From an uncultured delta proteobacterium (GTDB lineage: Bacteria; Myxococcota_A; Polyangia; Polyangiales; Houyiibacteriaceae): 64,000 nucleotides of DNA. Location: positions 96,001-160,000 of the forward strand of contig CAVOVB010000002.1 of the NCBI GenBank assembly GCA_963699755.1, given 5' to 3'. Under the pieces are notes generated by a model. That model did no database searches and was not told the origin of the DNA. It saw only the letters and a program-made list of their open reading frames with translations. Below are positions 19,481 to 29,557 of this stretch, one piece after another (the stretch's first letter is position 1; every line of letters begins with the position of its first letter). The translations under genes were made by a program, and so were the position numbers.

Positions 19481-19500
19481 AGGGCTCCGGGAAACGCGAG

Positions 19501-20505
19501 CTAGCGGTACAGCGCTCGCACCGCGTCGAGCGATTCGATTTCTCGATCGGGCATCTCTGGACGCTTTGCCTGTTCGATTTCTTTGATGGCCGCAGCCGCC
19601 TCGTCCCCACCGACATCAGAGAGGGACTTCACGGCCAGGTAGACATCCGCCGCATCCCCTCGCAGGCCGGCCTTCTTCAAGAACGGCACCGCGCTTTTCA
19701 TGCCGAGGACGCCAAGCCCCCACAATGCCGTTCGGCGCACGGACTGCTGACCGTCGGCCGTCAGCGTGCTCAGGTACTCGGCCGCGCGCTGATTGTTCGT
19801 GCACGCGACGTCCGCCAGCCGTGAGACGATGCCCGAGTAACCGGGCTTTGGCTTGGCTGCGATCAGCGCTTCGACCGCAGCGTCAGGCACCGAGAGGTTC
19901 CAGAACGATCGATTCAGCTTGGCGGCCGCCTCACGGACGACCAGATGCAGCGGGTCCGTGTAGAGGTATGTCCAGGTACCGGTATCGCGTTTTCTCTTCA
20001 GGACCTTGGCGTGGACGGCAAACCCAGTGATGACCTGGGACTTGCCCGCGAACGTTGCCACGATCCGAAGGTGCGTAAGGGTAACCATCGGCGAAAAACC
20101 TGTGGTCTGACGGTTTCGGATGTCGAAGGTCTCGACTCGCAGCTTCATCGCTTCGCCGCCCGCATCGGGCTTAGTGGAGGCTGGGATTCCGTGCTCGGAC
20201 AGCTGGTTCGCGATCGACTCCCCGAGAAACGCCAAGGGATCGCTCCCCCCCTGGGCGAAGGTGAGATTCACCTTCTCGTATCGGCCCCAGACAAACGGAC
20301 CTTTGCGCTGCCTGGCATCTTCCACGAGGATGCGCACCGACGCAGGGGCTGGCCCCGCGTACTTGAAGTCCGCGGATTCCACGGCTGCGACCTCGTGATC
20401 GACACCGGCATAGGCGCTCGGAGCGGCAAGGCTGACAGCCAAGAAGGCGGCGCTCGACAGTAGAACGAACAACAACTTTCGAATTCGATCAACACTTTCT
20501 TTCAT
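19501..20505 (-). CDS. Exported hypothetical protein with C-terminal HEAT-like repeats
   Basis: Signal peptide (AYA); VRRTALWGLGVLG and AVKSLSDVG helical repeats. Confidence 0.7.
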   Translation of the reverse strand: MKESVDRIRKLLFVLLSSAAFLAVSLAAPSAYAGVDHEVAAVESADFKYAGPAPASVRILVEDARQRKGPFVWGRYEKVNLTFAQGGSDPLAFLGESIANQLSEHGIPASTKPDAGGEAMKLRVETFDIRNRQTTGFSPMVTLTHLRIVATFAGKSQVITGFAVHAKVLKRKRDTGTWTYLYTDPLHLVVREAAAKLNRSFWNLSVPDAAVEALIAAKPKPGYSGIVSRLADVACTNNQRAAEYLSTLTADGQQSVRRTALWGLGVLGMKSAVPFLKKAGLRGDAADVYLAVKSLSDVGGDEAAAAIKEIEQAKRPEMPDREIESLDAVRALYR

Positions 20506-20631
20506 GCCTTTGGCGGTGCAACACTCATGCCAGATGCAGATGTCGCCTATTCCTGTTCCGCTGAAACAGTCTCGCGAAAGTCTTGCGCGCGTGCGCTCGA
20601 TCGCGACAAGCTTGCGCCAAGCTGCGCGCGG

Positions 20632-21372
20632 CTAGAGGGGACAGAGCCTTTCAACGCTGCTGAGCATCTCATCCCAGAGCGGATTCCAAACGGTCCAACC
20701 GTGGCCGCCCTCTCTCGTGAAGACGTGGCCCTCCGGCAGAACGTCGGCGAGCAGTTTGTGCGCCTCGGCACCACCATCCTGCTCGCCATATGCAAGGAAG
20801 ATCGGCGGGCGCTTCTCACCATTGGTGTACCCCTTCAGCCAGACCCAGAGGGAAACGTCCCATTTGGATTGGTCTTCCGGTGGTTGCCAGGCCGCCAACC
20901 CACCCACCTCTTCGACGCTCTTGAGAGTGCCTTTGCGGCCTAGGTATGGCGCGACGAGAATGATTCCGTCGACGAGCTCCGGGTGCTCCTGTGCCATCAG
21001 CAGTGAACCGACTCCGCCCATCGAGGTTCCGACCAACCAAATCGTCTCGATGCCTCGCGCGCGCAGGGAGGAGAGAACATCCTCGTCCAGGCGTGGGAGG
21101 AGGTTCCGTTCACGGTAATAACCGAAGTGGGCGTCGACGGTGATGGCCTCGAGATCAGGCTCGCGGGCCTGGAGGCGCTCGACGACTCGGTTCTCGCTAT
21201 ACGACTCACCGAGGTCGCCTTTGCCGGGCAACATCACCGCCGCGCAGCGGGGCGAAGGCGCGAGGGCCTCGTGAGCGGTCGAAGGAATTGGGGTTTGTGT
21301 TGAAGGGGCGCAGGCCGTCGCGGCCGCTATCGCGAGCAGCGAGAATATTTTGAGAACCTTGAACACGCGCAC
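20632..21372 (-). CDS. Alpha/beta hydrolase lipoprotein
   Basis: Lipobox ATAC; GTSMGG nucleophile; YGEQD; GGHGW. Confidence 0.85.
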   Translation of the reverse strand: MRVFKVLKIFSLLAIAAATACAPSTQTPIPSTAHEALAPSPRCAAVMLPGKGDLGESYSENRVVERLQAREPDLEAITVDAHFGYYRERNLLPRLDEDVLSSLRARGIETIWLVGTSMGGVGSLLMAQEHPELVDGIILVAPYLGRKGTLKSVEEVGGLAAWQPPEDQSKWDVSLWVWLKGYTNGEKRPPIFLAYGEQDGGAEAHKLLADVLPEGHVFTREGGHGWTVWNPLWDEMLSSVERLCPL

Positions 21373-21408
21373 CTTACAACCTACATCGAGTCACGCTAGA
21401 TTCGACGA

Positions 21409-22284
21409 GTGCTCGTCCCCCCTATGAAGGCGATCTCCTCGTCCCTGCTATTCCTGGTCACCGCCCTGGGCTGCGTCAAGCCGGAGCCATACCTTCGCCA
21501 CGGCTCAATCCACAGTCGAGCCATGGGTCGACCCATGGAATACGCCGCCTATGTTCCGAGAAACCTAGCCAAGGGCAAGCGGGTGCCCCTGTTCTTGTTT
21601 CTGCACGGCGGCGGGGACGATCCCGGTGCATTCGACGAGGTGGAGCTTGGTCAGGCGCTCGACGCAGAGGTGATCGCCGGCCGCTTGCCTCCTTTCGTCT
21701 TGGTGCTCCCCGACGGCGAGTTCGGCTTCTGGGAGAACTGGTACGACGGCAGCTTTCGCTACGCGGACTGGGTGCTCGAAGACTTGCTTCCGTATGTCCA
21801 CGGAACGCTTCCGGTGGAGCGATGCCCAGACCGGTGCGCGGTCATGGGGGTGTCGATGGGAGGACACGGAGCGCTCCGCTTCGCGCTACACCATCCGGAG
21901 ACCTTCGATGCCGTTGCGGCGATCAGCGCTCCGATCTTCAATACCGAACAGATGATCGACTTCAGCAACCGATTCGTGGCGAAGTTCCTCTTTCAGTCAC
22001 GCCGCGTCTTCGGCCCGGCGAACGAGGAGGAGCGTGCACGCATCGAGGCAGACGACCTCTATCTGCGCTGGAGCTCGCCGCAAGACGTCGAAGGGCTTCG
22101 CCTCTTTTTCGCCTGGGGAACCGCCGACCGCGAAGGAATCATCTCGGCCAACGAGTCGTTTACGCGGCATCTGGACGACAGTAAGATTCCCTACACCTCG
22201 ATCGTGTTCGAAGGGCAGCACCGGTGGGTCGACTGGAAACCGGTAATCATCGACTTAATTCGCCAGATGCTATCGCCTGATTAG
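21409..22284 (+). CDS. Esterase (alpha/beta hydrolase), probable lipoprotein
   Basis: FLHGGG, GVSMGG, WGTAD, GQHRW; lipobox ALGC; alternative start 21424. Confidence 0.85.
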   Translation: MLVPPMKAISSSLLFLVTALGCVKPEPYLRHGSIHSRAMGRPMEYAAYVPRNLAKGKRVPLFLFLHGGGDDPGAFDEVELGQALDAEVIAGRLPPFVLVLPDGEFGFWENWYDGSFRYADWVLEDLLPYVHGTLPVERCPDRCAVMGVSMGGHGALRFALHHPETFDAVAAISAPIFNTEQMIDFSNRFVAKFLFQSRRVFGPANEEERARIEADDLYLRWSSPQDVEGLRLFFAWGTADREGIISANESFTRHLDDSKIPYTSIVFEGQHRWVDWKPVIIDLIRQMLSPD

Positions 22285-22930
22285 GTAGACGCTGTTGCTC
22301 GACGGTGACGATCGTGAGCTCATATCCGAACCACGCATTGTCCAAGGTGGCGCGTTGCGGAGCGGAGCGCCCAGGCAGCCAGCCCTCGTAGTGCACTCGA
22401 AGCTCGCCTCGATCGACCGCGTCACTGCGCCGAAAACTTCGCGAAACCAGCCTTCCATCTGCGTAGGTTTCGCTGATCATCAGGGTCTCGTGCTCGCCCG
22501 CGCGTGTTCCGGTGAAACCAGCGAGTACCGGAGGGAGCCAAGGATAGAATACCTTCTGGACGTCGGCCATGATGTGCTCCGGAGCGAACGGAAGGCTTCG
22601 ACCGCTACGGTTTTCAAAGCGGACCCCCGACGCGCTGAGCGTCGCGATGAAGCCCGCCCTTCCCAAGGGGCCGAGTCCAATCAAGATCAGCGCCTCGCCA
22701 TCCATCTGGAGCACCGCGTCGAAAGATTCGCTGCGGTCGCCCCACGAGGCGACGACGCGCTGTCGCCAAACGAATCGCTCGGCGATTGCCGTCGGGGCGA
22801 GCATGGGGCCAGGCCCGATTTCGATACCAGACTCCGGCTTTGCGGTGCGTGCATCTCGTGCGCAGGCGCCGAGCGCGAAGAGCGCCGATGCAAGCAACAA
22901 GAAATCGAGAATGCCAGCGAGAGACCTCAA
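22247..22930 (-). CDS. DUF3261 family lipoprotein (ApeN-like)
   Basis: Lipobox LGAC; LIGLGPLG, PEHIMADVQKVFYP; last gene of the ape-like operon. Confidence 0.8.
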   Translation of the reverse strand: MRSLAGILDFLLLASALFALGACARDARTAKPESGIEIGPGPMLAPTAIAERFVWRQRVVASWGDRSESFDAVLQMDGEALILIGLGPLGRAGFIATLSASGVRFENRSGRSLPFAPEHIMADVQKVFYPWLPPVLAGFTGTRAGEHETLMISETYADGRLVSRSFRRSDAVDRGELRVHYEGWLPGRSAPQRATLDNAWFGYELTIVTVEQQRLPNQAIASGELSR

Positions 22931-25302
22931 CTCGAGCTCCGCGCAGTGAGTGTCAGCGCCGCGGGGGCGAGAACGAACGAGGCGAGGACGCCAATCACTG
23001 CCGTGAGACCGATGACGTGAAGCGCGGGATAGCTGGAAAGGCTCAGCAGGCCGAAGCCTAGGACGGTAGACGCGCAGGCCACGACGATGCTCAAGAGCGC
23101 GGCAGATCGATCGACCTCCCCTGTCATGTCCGCATCGACGAGAAACACCCCGTAGTCTACGCCAACACTGACGACCACGAGAAGCGCCGTCAGAGAGACC
23201 AGATCGAGGCCGAGACCGGCAAATGTCAGAATCGAAACCGTCACCGCAGCGGCGAGCAAGGACGGAAAGAAAGCCGCTAGCACCTTTCGAATGTTACGGT
23301 ATCTCAGCGCCAGCATGAGCAGCACCCCTACCAGGCCGAACGAGATGAGCTCGAGGGTACGATTCTGATAAGCGCGATTGGCCTCGTGCATCATCTGCGC
23401 CTGATCGATCAGTCGCGCCCCCGGGATCGCTGCCAAGCGTTTCTCGAGCGCCGCCCGATCGCGCACATCATGAAGGAAGCTGAGCCAGCCGACCCTGCCG
23501 TCGAGCTCGATTCGAAACTTCTGGACGAGCGATGCGAGCGGGGAGCCCAGCAGATCATCGAAGCGGAGGGGCGGGGCAAGGGGGGCATTCAAATCGTCCC
23601 CGAAGGGAGCGAGCGCCGCCGGCTCTACGCCAGCGTCTGCAAAGGCCTCAGACAGCCTCTTCCAAAGGGCAGGCGATTCACGGAATGCCTGCGCCACTTC
23701 TGTTTGTTTGCGGGCGCTCGGAAGGAGGACGCCCATCGACTGGTAGCCTGCGACCTCACCCGCGCCCTGCGCATGGGCAAGCGCTGACAGTACCGCGTCA
23801 TTCACCTGGAGCGCACGTTCGTCGTCAGCACCAAGCGCCAGGACGAAACGCATCTGCTCGAGTCGGGTCACCTTGGCGCGAACGAGCGAGTCCTCCATGA
23901 AGAGGTCGGGGTCGACCCGGTTGAGGCTCGTGAAATCGTCGTTCCAGTGCGCCTTCGAGAGCCCGACGATGGCAATCACCAGACTTGACACCACGATGAA
24001 CAGGGGAGCTGCTCGGTGCAAATGCAGCCAGCGGTATCCTCGAACCAATCGCTCGACGAGCCAGCGCCGAAACGCCACCGGGCGCGGCTTGCTTGGCATG
24101 AGCGATGGGATGACGAATCGGGTCGTCGCGAGGGCGGCCGCGATACCCGTCAAGGAGAAGAGCCCTACTTCGCGCAGACCCGGAAACGAAGAGGCGCTGA
24201 GGGCGGCAAAGCCGATCATGGTGGTGGCGGCGCCCGTCGCGAGCGCTTTCCAAATGCGACGGAGGGTCGCGTACGCACCATCCGGCGACGGGGCTACCGA
24301 CTGGTGGCAGTAGAAGTGGATGACGTAGTCGACGCAAACGCCGATCAATGAGGCGCCGAACGCGAGCGTGACACCATGAATCCGGCCAAAGACGGCTAGG
24401 ACGAGCGCACAGCCGGTCAAGACCCCCAGCCCGACGGCGATAGTGGCCAAGCCCACCAGTCGGAACCCACGAAACAGGATCCAAAGCAAGAGCCCCAAAC
24501 CCAAGCAGGAGAAGAGCGTGATTCGCTCGATGTCGGCGCGAATCGATTCCTCGGCACGAACCGCGAATCGGTTGATCCCGCTCTGTTGCAACTCCCTTGC
24601 TTCTGGCATCGTCGCCTCAAGCTCTTCAAACGCCGACTCGATGCCGCGTAGAAGCGGTCCTTGAATGCTCGAATCGAAGGCCGAAGCCCCAGTGGTGAGA
24701 AAGAGGACAGCGTCGGGGCCATTGGGCGTGAGGAAGCGGCCGTCGACGAGCCGAAGCTGGCGGCCCGCGGCCTGCTGGAAGCGGAGAAAAAGGTCGGGAA
24801 TGACCAGAAGCGGATCACTTGGCGCAAGCCGTGCGATCGCCGACGAGTCGGGATGCCGCAAGCGTCTCAGCAGGTCATCAGCCGAGGACCGCAGTGCTTC
24901 ATCGCTCCCGAGAGCGCGCGCCGCCTCCGGGTCGTCAGCGAGAAACCCAAATCGACGCCGATGGTACAGATCCCAGAGACTCCGCTCGAAGCCCTCCGGA
25001 GGGCCGCCCTCAATCGATTCGAGGTGCGGTCCCACGTCGGGGTGCTCCCGCAGGGCTGTTTCAAAGGCGCGAGATGCGGCCGAAGCGCTTTGATCGTCTT
25101 GCGCCACCAACACGAGCACCATGGTGCGGCTGAGCGGACCCTGGGCGATGGCCCTCGAGAACTCGGCGAGGCTTCGATCCTCCGCGCTCGGCAGGAACGC
25201 GGTAATGTCGGCCACGACCTCAAAGCGAGTCACCACGAACACCGCGAGAAGCGCCGCTACGAAGACAGCCGCGAACAGTCGTCGGTATCCGCCATCGGTC
25301 AT
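22927..25302 (-). CDS. MMPL/RND family exporter (ApeM-like)
   Basis: Two TM blocks with IGVCVDY and VGVDYGVF; DITAFLP. Confidence 0.88.
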   Translation of the reverse strand: MTDGGYRRLFAAVFVAALLAVFVVTRFEVVADITAFLPSAEDRSLAEFSRAIAQGPLSRTMVLVLVAQDDQSASAASRAFETALREHPDVGPHLESIEGGPPEGFERSLWDLYHRRRFGFLADDPEAARALGSDEALRSSADDLLRRLRHPDSSAIARLAPSDPLLVIPDLFLRFQQAAGRQLRLVDGRFLTPNGPDAVLFLTTGASAFDSSIQGPLLRGIESAFEELEATMPEARELQQSGINRFAVRAEESIRADIERITLFSCLGLGLLLWILFRGFRLVGLATIAVGLGVLTGCALVLAVFGRIHGVTLAFGASLIGVCVDYVIHFYCHQSVAPSPDGAYATLRRIWKALATGAATTMIGFAALSASSFPGLREVGLFSLTGIAAALATTRFVIPSLMPSKPRPVAFRRWLVERLVRGYRWLHLHRAAPLFIVVSSLVIAIVGLSKAHWNDDFTSLNRVDPDLFMEDSLVRAKVTRLEQMRFVLALGADDERALQVNDAVLSALAHAQGAGEVAGYQSMGVLLPSARKQTEVAQAFRESPALWKRLSEAFADAGVEPAALAPFGDDLNAPLAPPLRFDDLLGSPLASLVQKFRIELDGRVGWLSFLHDVRDRAALEKRLAAIPGARLIDQAQMMHEANRAYQNRTLELISFGLVGVLLMLALRYRNIRKVLAAFFPSLLAAAVTVSILTFAGLGLDLVSLTALLVVVSVGVDYGVFLVDADMTGEVDRSAALLSIVVACASTVLGFGLLSLSSYPALHVIGLTAVIGVLASFVLAPAALTLTARSSS

Positions 25303-25943
25303 CGAGCTTCAATTCCGAACAGGGCTTTTCGTTCGGACGCATCGAATCGACGCTTCGGATCCACGTCTAGCATGCGGGTGATCGTCTCATCCCCGTTCGT
25401 ATCGAACACGTGGATCTGCGCGACCGAAAGCCCCCTTCCGCTGACCCCGACCATTTTGATGATCTCGGAGAGCGGCGAAACCTTGGGAGCGAGCTCCATT
25501 CGCCATCTCCCGTTCCCCTCGTCGGTAATGCGAATCTCGTACGCGGTGGTCAAGGCGTCCTTGTCTCCGGCCAGCAAGGAAACGAACGACGCCACGAACG
25601 ATCGAACATCCCGCCTGGCGCTCAAATCGATGACTTGCCGCGTCAATCCGTCGTCGACGGTCAGGGTCGTTGGCGTGATCAGGATCTGCGATGGCTGCGG
25701 CGAGACGATCTTTCGAAGGAGGTAGCCGGGAGGCACAAAGTACAATCGTCCCTCGCTCACGAGGGGAGCTTTGAGCAATTGCATTCGTTTCTCCTCGACA
25801 AACCTCGCTTCGAGCCCGTCCATCTTGGCAAACGCCGAGAGCAAGGTGTCGAGCTCAACCCGGCCCTGGGGCGACTGGGCGCTCGAGCTGGCGACTAGCG
25901 ACAGCACGACCAACGAGATCGCCAGTGCAAGACGCCACCTCAC
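25299..25943 (-). CDS. LolA-like lipid/lipoprotein carrier (ApeL-like)
   Basis: Signal peptide; ARFVEEKRMQLLKAPLVSEGRLYF. Confidence 0.85.
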   Translation of the reverse strand: MRWRLALAISLVVLSLVASSSAQSPQGRVELDTLLSAFAKMDGLEARFVEEKRMQLLKAPLVSEGRLYFVPPGYLLRKIVSPQPSQILITPTTLTVDDGLTRQVIDLSARRDVRSFVASFVSLLAGDKDALTTAYEIRITDEGNGRWRMELAPKVSPLSEIIKMVGVSGRGLSVAQIHVFDTNGDETITRMLDVDPKRRFDASERKALFGIEAR

Positions 25944-26392
25944 GGGAACGAATCGCCTTCGCCGGGAGGCTTCTCGGCGTGGTAGAGCGTGAGTTGGGCC
26001 GATGCGACAGGCTGCGAGCCACGGGAAACGTCACACTCATAGACGCTAATCTCTTCTCGTGCGCGGACTTCTCGAACCTCGACGAGCAATTCGTCGCCGA
26101 CGTGCAGCTTTGGTACTTCGATGTCCATGCGCCGACAACCGATGATCATTCCCACCCTGATGTCGTTCCCTCCACGAAACGCCGCGTAGCCGCAAGAAGC
26201 GGCCACCGCCTGGCCCATGTACTCGAGGGCAACGATGGTATCGACGGTTCCCTCGGATACGAAACGCATTCCGGGTGCAATCCGGATGCTGCAGCGAGCG
26301 CGTCCCGGCTCCCAATGGACCATCTCGTCGAGGAGCACCATCGGGCCATCGTGGGGAATGAGCTCGCGGATCGACGGATAGATCTCAGCCAT
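25940..26392 (-). CDS. Hotdog-fold dehydratase (ApeP-like)
   Basis: LIPHDGPMVLLD, EYMGQAVAA. Confidence 0.85.
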   Translation of the reverse strand: MAEIYPSIRELIPHDGPMVLLDEMVHWEPGRARCSIRIAPGMRFVSEGTVDTIVALEYMGQAVAASCGYAAFRGGNDIRVGMIIGCRRMDIEVPKLHVGDELLVEVREVRAREEISVYECDVSRGSQPVASAQLTLYHAEKPPGEGDSFP

Positions 26393-27173
26393 CGGCGACG
26401 AGAACCTCCATGCACCAGCCAGCGCCCCTGCCACGGTCGAGGGCAATGGTCCCTGACTTACCGGCCTCGATGGCACAAATCAAATCGAGGAGACCAACCT
26501 GAGGGTTTCTCGCGAGCATCGGCCGCAACTCCGGGCCAGTGAGAGTGGGAGCCACCTTGAATGGGCCTCGAAGCCGAACCGGGGTCCCGTCGTCATGGTC
26601 GCTCAGTGGAGCCAACGCAATCGCCATGGTCGCAAGCTCCCAAGCTTCGTCGTCCGGAACCAAGGCAGTTGGCGTGGGCTCTTCTCCGCAGACGACGACG
26701 ACCGGCTCGCCACGTTCGGCGATGAGCCCGATCGCCTCCATCAGCGCCATGGCAGGCGTATCGTGGTCAGCCCCGAGCGATGTCGTGAAGCCACGGTTCT
26801 TGGTCGCAATCGAGACGATGCCAGAGGCCGCATTGTGAACGCTCAAAGCAAAGGCCATTGGCGATGGCTCTTCGTGATCGCGCCACATCTGGTTGAGCAG
26901 CCCGAGCATGGTGCCAACCTCCCCGAGCGCAGAGCCAAACACGGCAGAGCCTTTGCCGAGCTCGACGCCGGCCGCGTCTGCCGCCTCGAAGTACGCTTCG
27001 GCCAGCGCCTTGGTGAGAACGCTCGATCGCCCACGCGCGCGGCGATCGAGCCGCGACCCGGTAGGCAACTCAGGCTCGTCGCTGGCCCTTCCGGCGCGCC
27101 AATCCGCCGCTGTGGGGAAACCCGGCATGAAGAGACCCACCCCAGCGACACCGACTTCGATCGATGACGTCAT
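26385..27173 (-). CDS. Ketosynthase chain-length factor (ApeC-like)
   Basis: SPMAFALSVHNAASG signature; short KS-like protein without a catalytic triad. Confidence 0.87.
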   Translation of the reverse strand: MTSSIEVGVAGVGLFMPGFPTAADWRAGRASDEPELPTGSRLDRRARGRSSVLTKALAEAYFEAADAAGVELGKGSAVFGSALGEVGTMLGLLNQMWRDHEEPSPMAFALSVHNAASGIVSIATKNRGFTTSLGADHDTPAMALMEAIGLIAERGEPVVVVCGEEPTPTALVPDDEAWELATMAIALAPLSDHDDGTPVRLRGPFKVAPTLTGPELRPMLARNPQVGLLDLICAIEAGKSGTIALDRGRGAGWCMEVLVADG

Positions 27174-28345
27174 GCCGACCTCAAGAGAACGCTCACATTG
27201 TTTCCGCCGAACGCGAATGAATTGCTCAGCACTCTGCGAAAGCTCCCCTCCGTAGGTTCGGTTGCGATCTTGATGCTGATCCTCTCATCGACGGGTGAGG
27301 CCCCGAGAGACGCGGGAATCCAAGCATCGGTGAGCGCAAACGAGGCAAGCACCGCTTCGGTAGCTCCGGCCGCGCCCAAGGTGTGACCGGTGTACCCCTT
27401 CGTGGAAACGACCGGAACCTCGTTGCCGAAGATCTCCGATATCGCATTGGCTTCGGCGCCGTCGTTGTGTGGCGTGCCCGTGCCGTGCGCGTTGATGTGG
27501 TCGACCTCCGCTGGGCTGCAACCCGCTCGGTCGAGCGCGCGTTGCATCGCGAGCTGGGCACCCAACCCCTGCGGGTGCGGTGCGCTGATGTGATAGGCAT
27601 CAGAGCTTTCCCCGACCGATTCGAGCCATACGATGGGCTCGCCGCTTCGCTCGAGCAGGAGTAAGGCCCCGCCCTCCCCGATGCTGATCCCGTCACGCGC
27701 GCTCGAGAACGGCCGACAGGGCTTGGAGGAAAGCGCACCGAGCGCATTGAAGCCGCAGAGAGTCATCGCACAAAGCGTGTCGATTCCGCCGACGATCGCC
27801 GCGTCGATGAGCCCTGCGCCGATGAGCCGCTGCGCGCTGGCCAGCGGCTTTGCGCTCGAGGTGCAAGCCGTCGACACGACCCAGCCAGGGCCCTGAGCGC
27901 CGGTCAAGGCGCGCATGACGTGCAGGACGGCGCCATACGTATGTTGTCGCCAGAGGTCGTAATCTTCGGGCAGCTCGCCGGTTGCGAGGAAATGCTGAAA
28001 CGCCGATTCGGTCGTTTCGGCGCCGGCAGTGCTCGTGCCCAGAATCAGCGCGATTCGCTCCGGCCTCCAGCGCTCTCGAAGTGCCGCCAGCTCCAGTTCC
28101 AGATTGATGACGAGCTGCTTTGCGACGCGCGTCAGCCGCGTCGACCAGGGAGTGAGCGCGCCGTCGAGGCTGGGCAGCTCGACGCGGATCGCCCCCACGG
28201 CAGTCTCGAACGGCACCTTCACCGGCGAGGGCCCGAGTCTCGAATCCCCCGCGGCAAGGGCGTCGCGGACTTCGTCGCAGTTGCTTCCAAGCGCGTTGCT
28301 GAGTGTCATACCCGTGATGGCGACCGGCTCGACCCTAAGCGTCAA
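27170..28345 (-). CDS. Beta-ketoacyl-ACP synthase (ApeO-like)
   Basis: STACTSSAK (Cys), NAHGTGT, KGYTGHTLGAAG, SNSFAFGGNN. Confidence 0.93.
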   Translation of the reverse strand: MTLRVEPVAITGMTLSNALGSNCDEVRDALAAGDSRLGPSPVKVPFETAVGAIRVELPSLDGALTPWSTRLTRVAKQLVINLELELAALRERWRPERIALILGTSTAGAETTESAFQHFLATGELPEDYDLWRQHTYGAVLHVMRALTGAQGPGWVVSTACTSSAKPLASAQRLIGAGLIDAAIVGGIDTLCAMTLCGFNALGALSSKPCRPFSSARDGISIGEGGALLLLERSGEPIVWLESVGESSDAYHISAPHPQGLGAQLAMQRALDRAGCSPAEVDHINAHGTGTPHNDGAEANAISEIFGNEVPVVSTKGYTGHTLGAAGATEAVLASFALTDAWIPASLGASPVDERISIKIATEPTEGSFRRVLSNSFAFGGNNVSVLLRSA

Positions 28346-28366
28346 TGCGATACTCGACTCTCTCGC

Positions 28367-29557
28367 TCAAAGTTGAATGCGCGAGCGGAACAACATGTCC
28401 CGGAACACGTTGCCCTCTCGCCAAACGTCTCCGGCGAGCATGCTCGTGATGCTGGCTCGAAGCTCGCCTTCCTCTGGTGAGTTGAGCACCACATTGTCGA
28501 TAAGACGTGTATTGTAGAAGCGGTGAATCAGCAAGGCGAAGGCGCGATAGCCTTCGTCCATCTTGGCCGATTCCTCGAGGTACAGATCCGCCTTCGCTTC
28601 ACTGCCCTCGTGCAGAGCCGGGGCGAGCCGTTCGACCAGTCCCTGAGCGCCGAGCAAGGCGAGACTCACCCCCGAAGAAAACACCGGATCGAGGAAGCAG
28701 GCGGCGTCTCCAATGCAAGCGTAGCGGGGGCCGCTCTTGGCATCATTGCGATAGCTGAAGCCGCTGACGAGCTGAGGCGGGGTCGCCTCTGTGCCGTGCG
28801 TGAGGCAGCGTAGGAGCGGAGACACCGCGATTTCGCGCCGTAGCGTGCGGCCCGAAATCCCCGGCTTTTTGGACACGAGCCCGACGCTGAGTCTCCGGCC
28901 AGGCAGGTGAATCACCCAGAGCCACCCGCCTTCGACCATCATGATGCGGATGTCGCTCCCCGGACCGATGACCTCCACCGCTTCGTCCGACAAGCCGCTG
29001 AAGTGCGCGTAGGCGGCGGCCTTTCCGAACTTGGAGTACGGGACCGTGGATTGTCGCAGCTTCGCGATGAAGCGATCCTGACCGCTGGCGTCGATGATGA
29101 AGCGCGCCCGCTCCGTGCCGTACGAGGTCTGTACCCATGCCGATTCGGCGTCGACTTCCATGTCGGTCACTGTCACTCCGTGGCGCACCAACGCTCCCCG
29201 AGCGGAAGCCCTGTCGCGAAGCATCGTATCGAAGCTAGCGCGGTCGACGTGCCAGGCATGACGCGGCGGGCCTTCGAGAGCGTCGGCGAAATCGAACGAG
29301 GATACGAGACCTGTCGACTCGCGCAGGAACTGCGCTCCTTGCTTGAACATGAACACGTCATCATCGGGCTCGATGCCCAGGTCCTCTAAGACCGTGAGGC
29401 CTGCCGGCAGCAGTGATTCGCCGATGTGGAATCGCGGGAACTCTTCTTTTTCGATAACCAGAACGTCGAAACCTTCGGCGGCAAGGAGCGCAGCGCTTGC
29501 CGATCCCGCGGGCCCTGACCCTACGACGATCACATCCCAAAGCCGCGATGCAGTCAT
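28367..29557 (-). CDS. FAD-dependent halogenase-family oxidoreductase
   Basis: GSGPAG, FPRFHIGESLLP, FKQGAQF, GWLWVIHL, GDAACFLDPVFSSGV. Confidence 0.88.
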   Translation of the reverse strand: MTASRLWDVIVVGSGPAGSASAALLAAEGFDVLVIEKEEFPRFHIGESLLPAGLTVLEDLGIEPDDDVFMFKQGAQFLRESTGLVSSFDFADALEGPPRHAWHVDRASFDTMLRDRASARGALVRHGVTVTDMEVDAESAWVQTSYGTERARFIIDASGQDRFIAKLRQSTVPYSKFGKAAAYAHFSGLSDEAVEVIGPGSDIRIMMVEGGWLWVIHLPGRRLSVGLVSKKPGISGRTLRREIAVSPLLRCLTHGTEATPPQLVSGFSYRNDAKSGPRYACIGDAACFLDPVFSSGVSLALLGAQGLVERLAPALHEGSEAKADLYLEESAKMDEGYRAFALLIHRFYNTRLIDNVVLNSPEEGELRASITSMLAGDVWREGNVFRDMLFRSRIQL

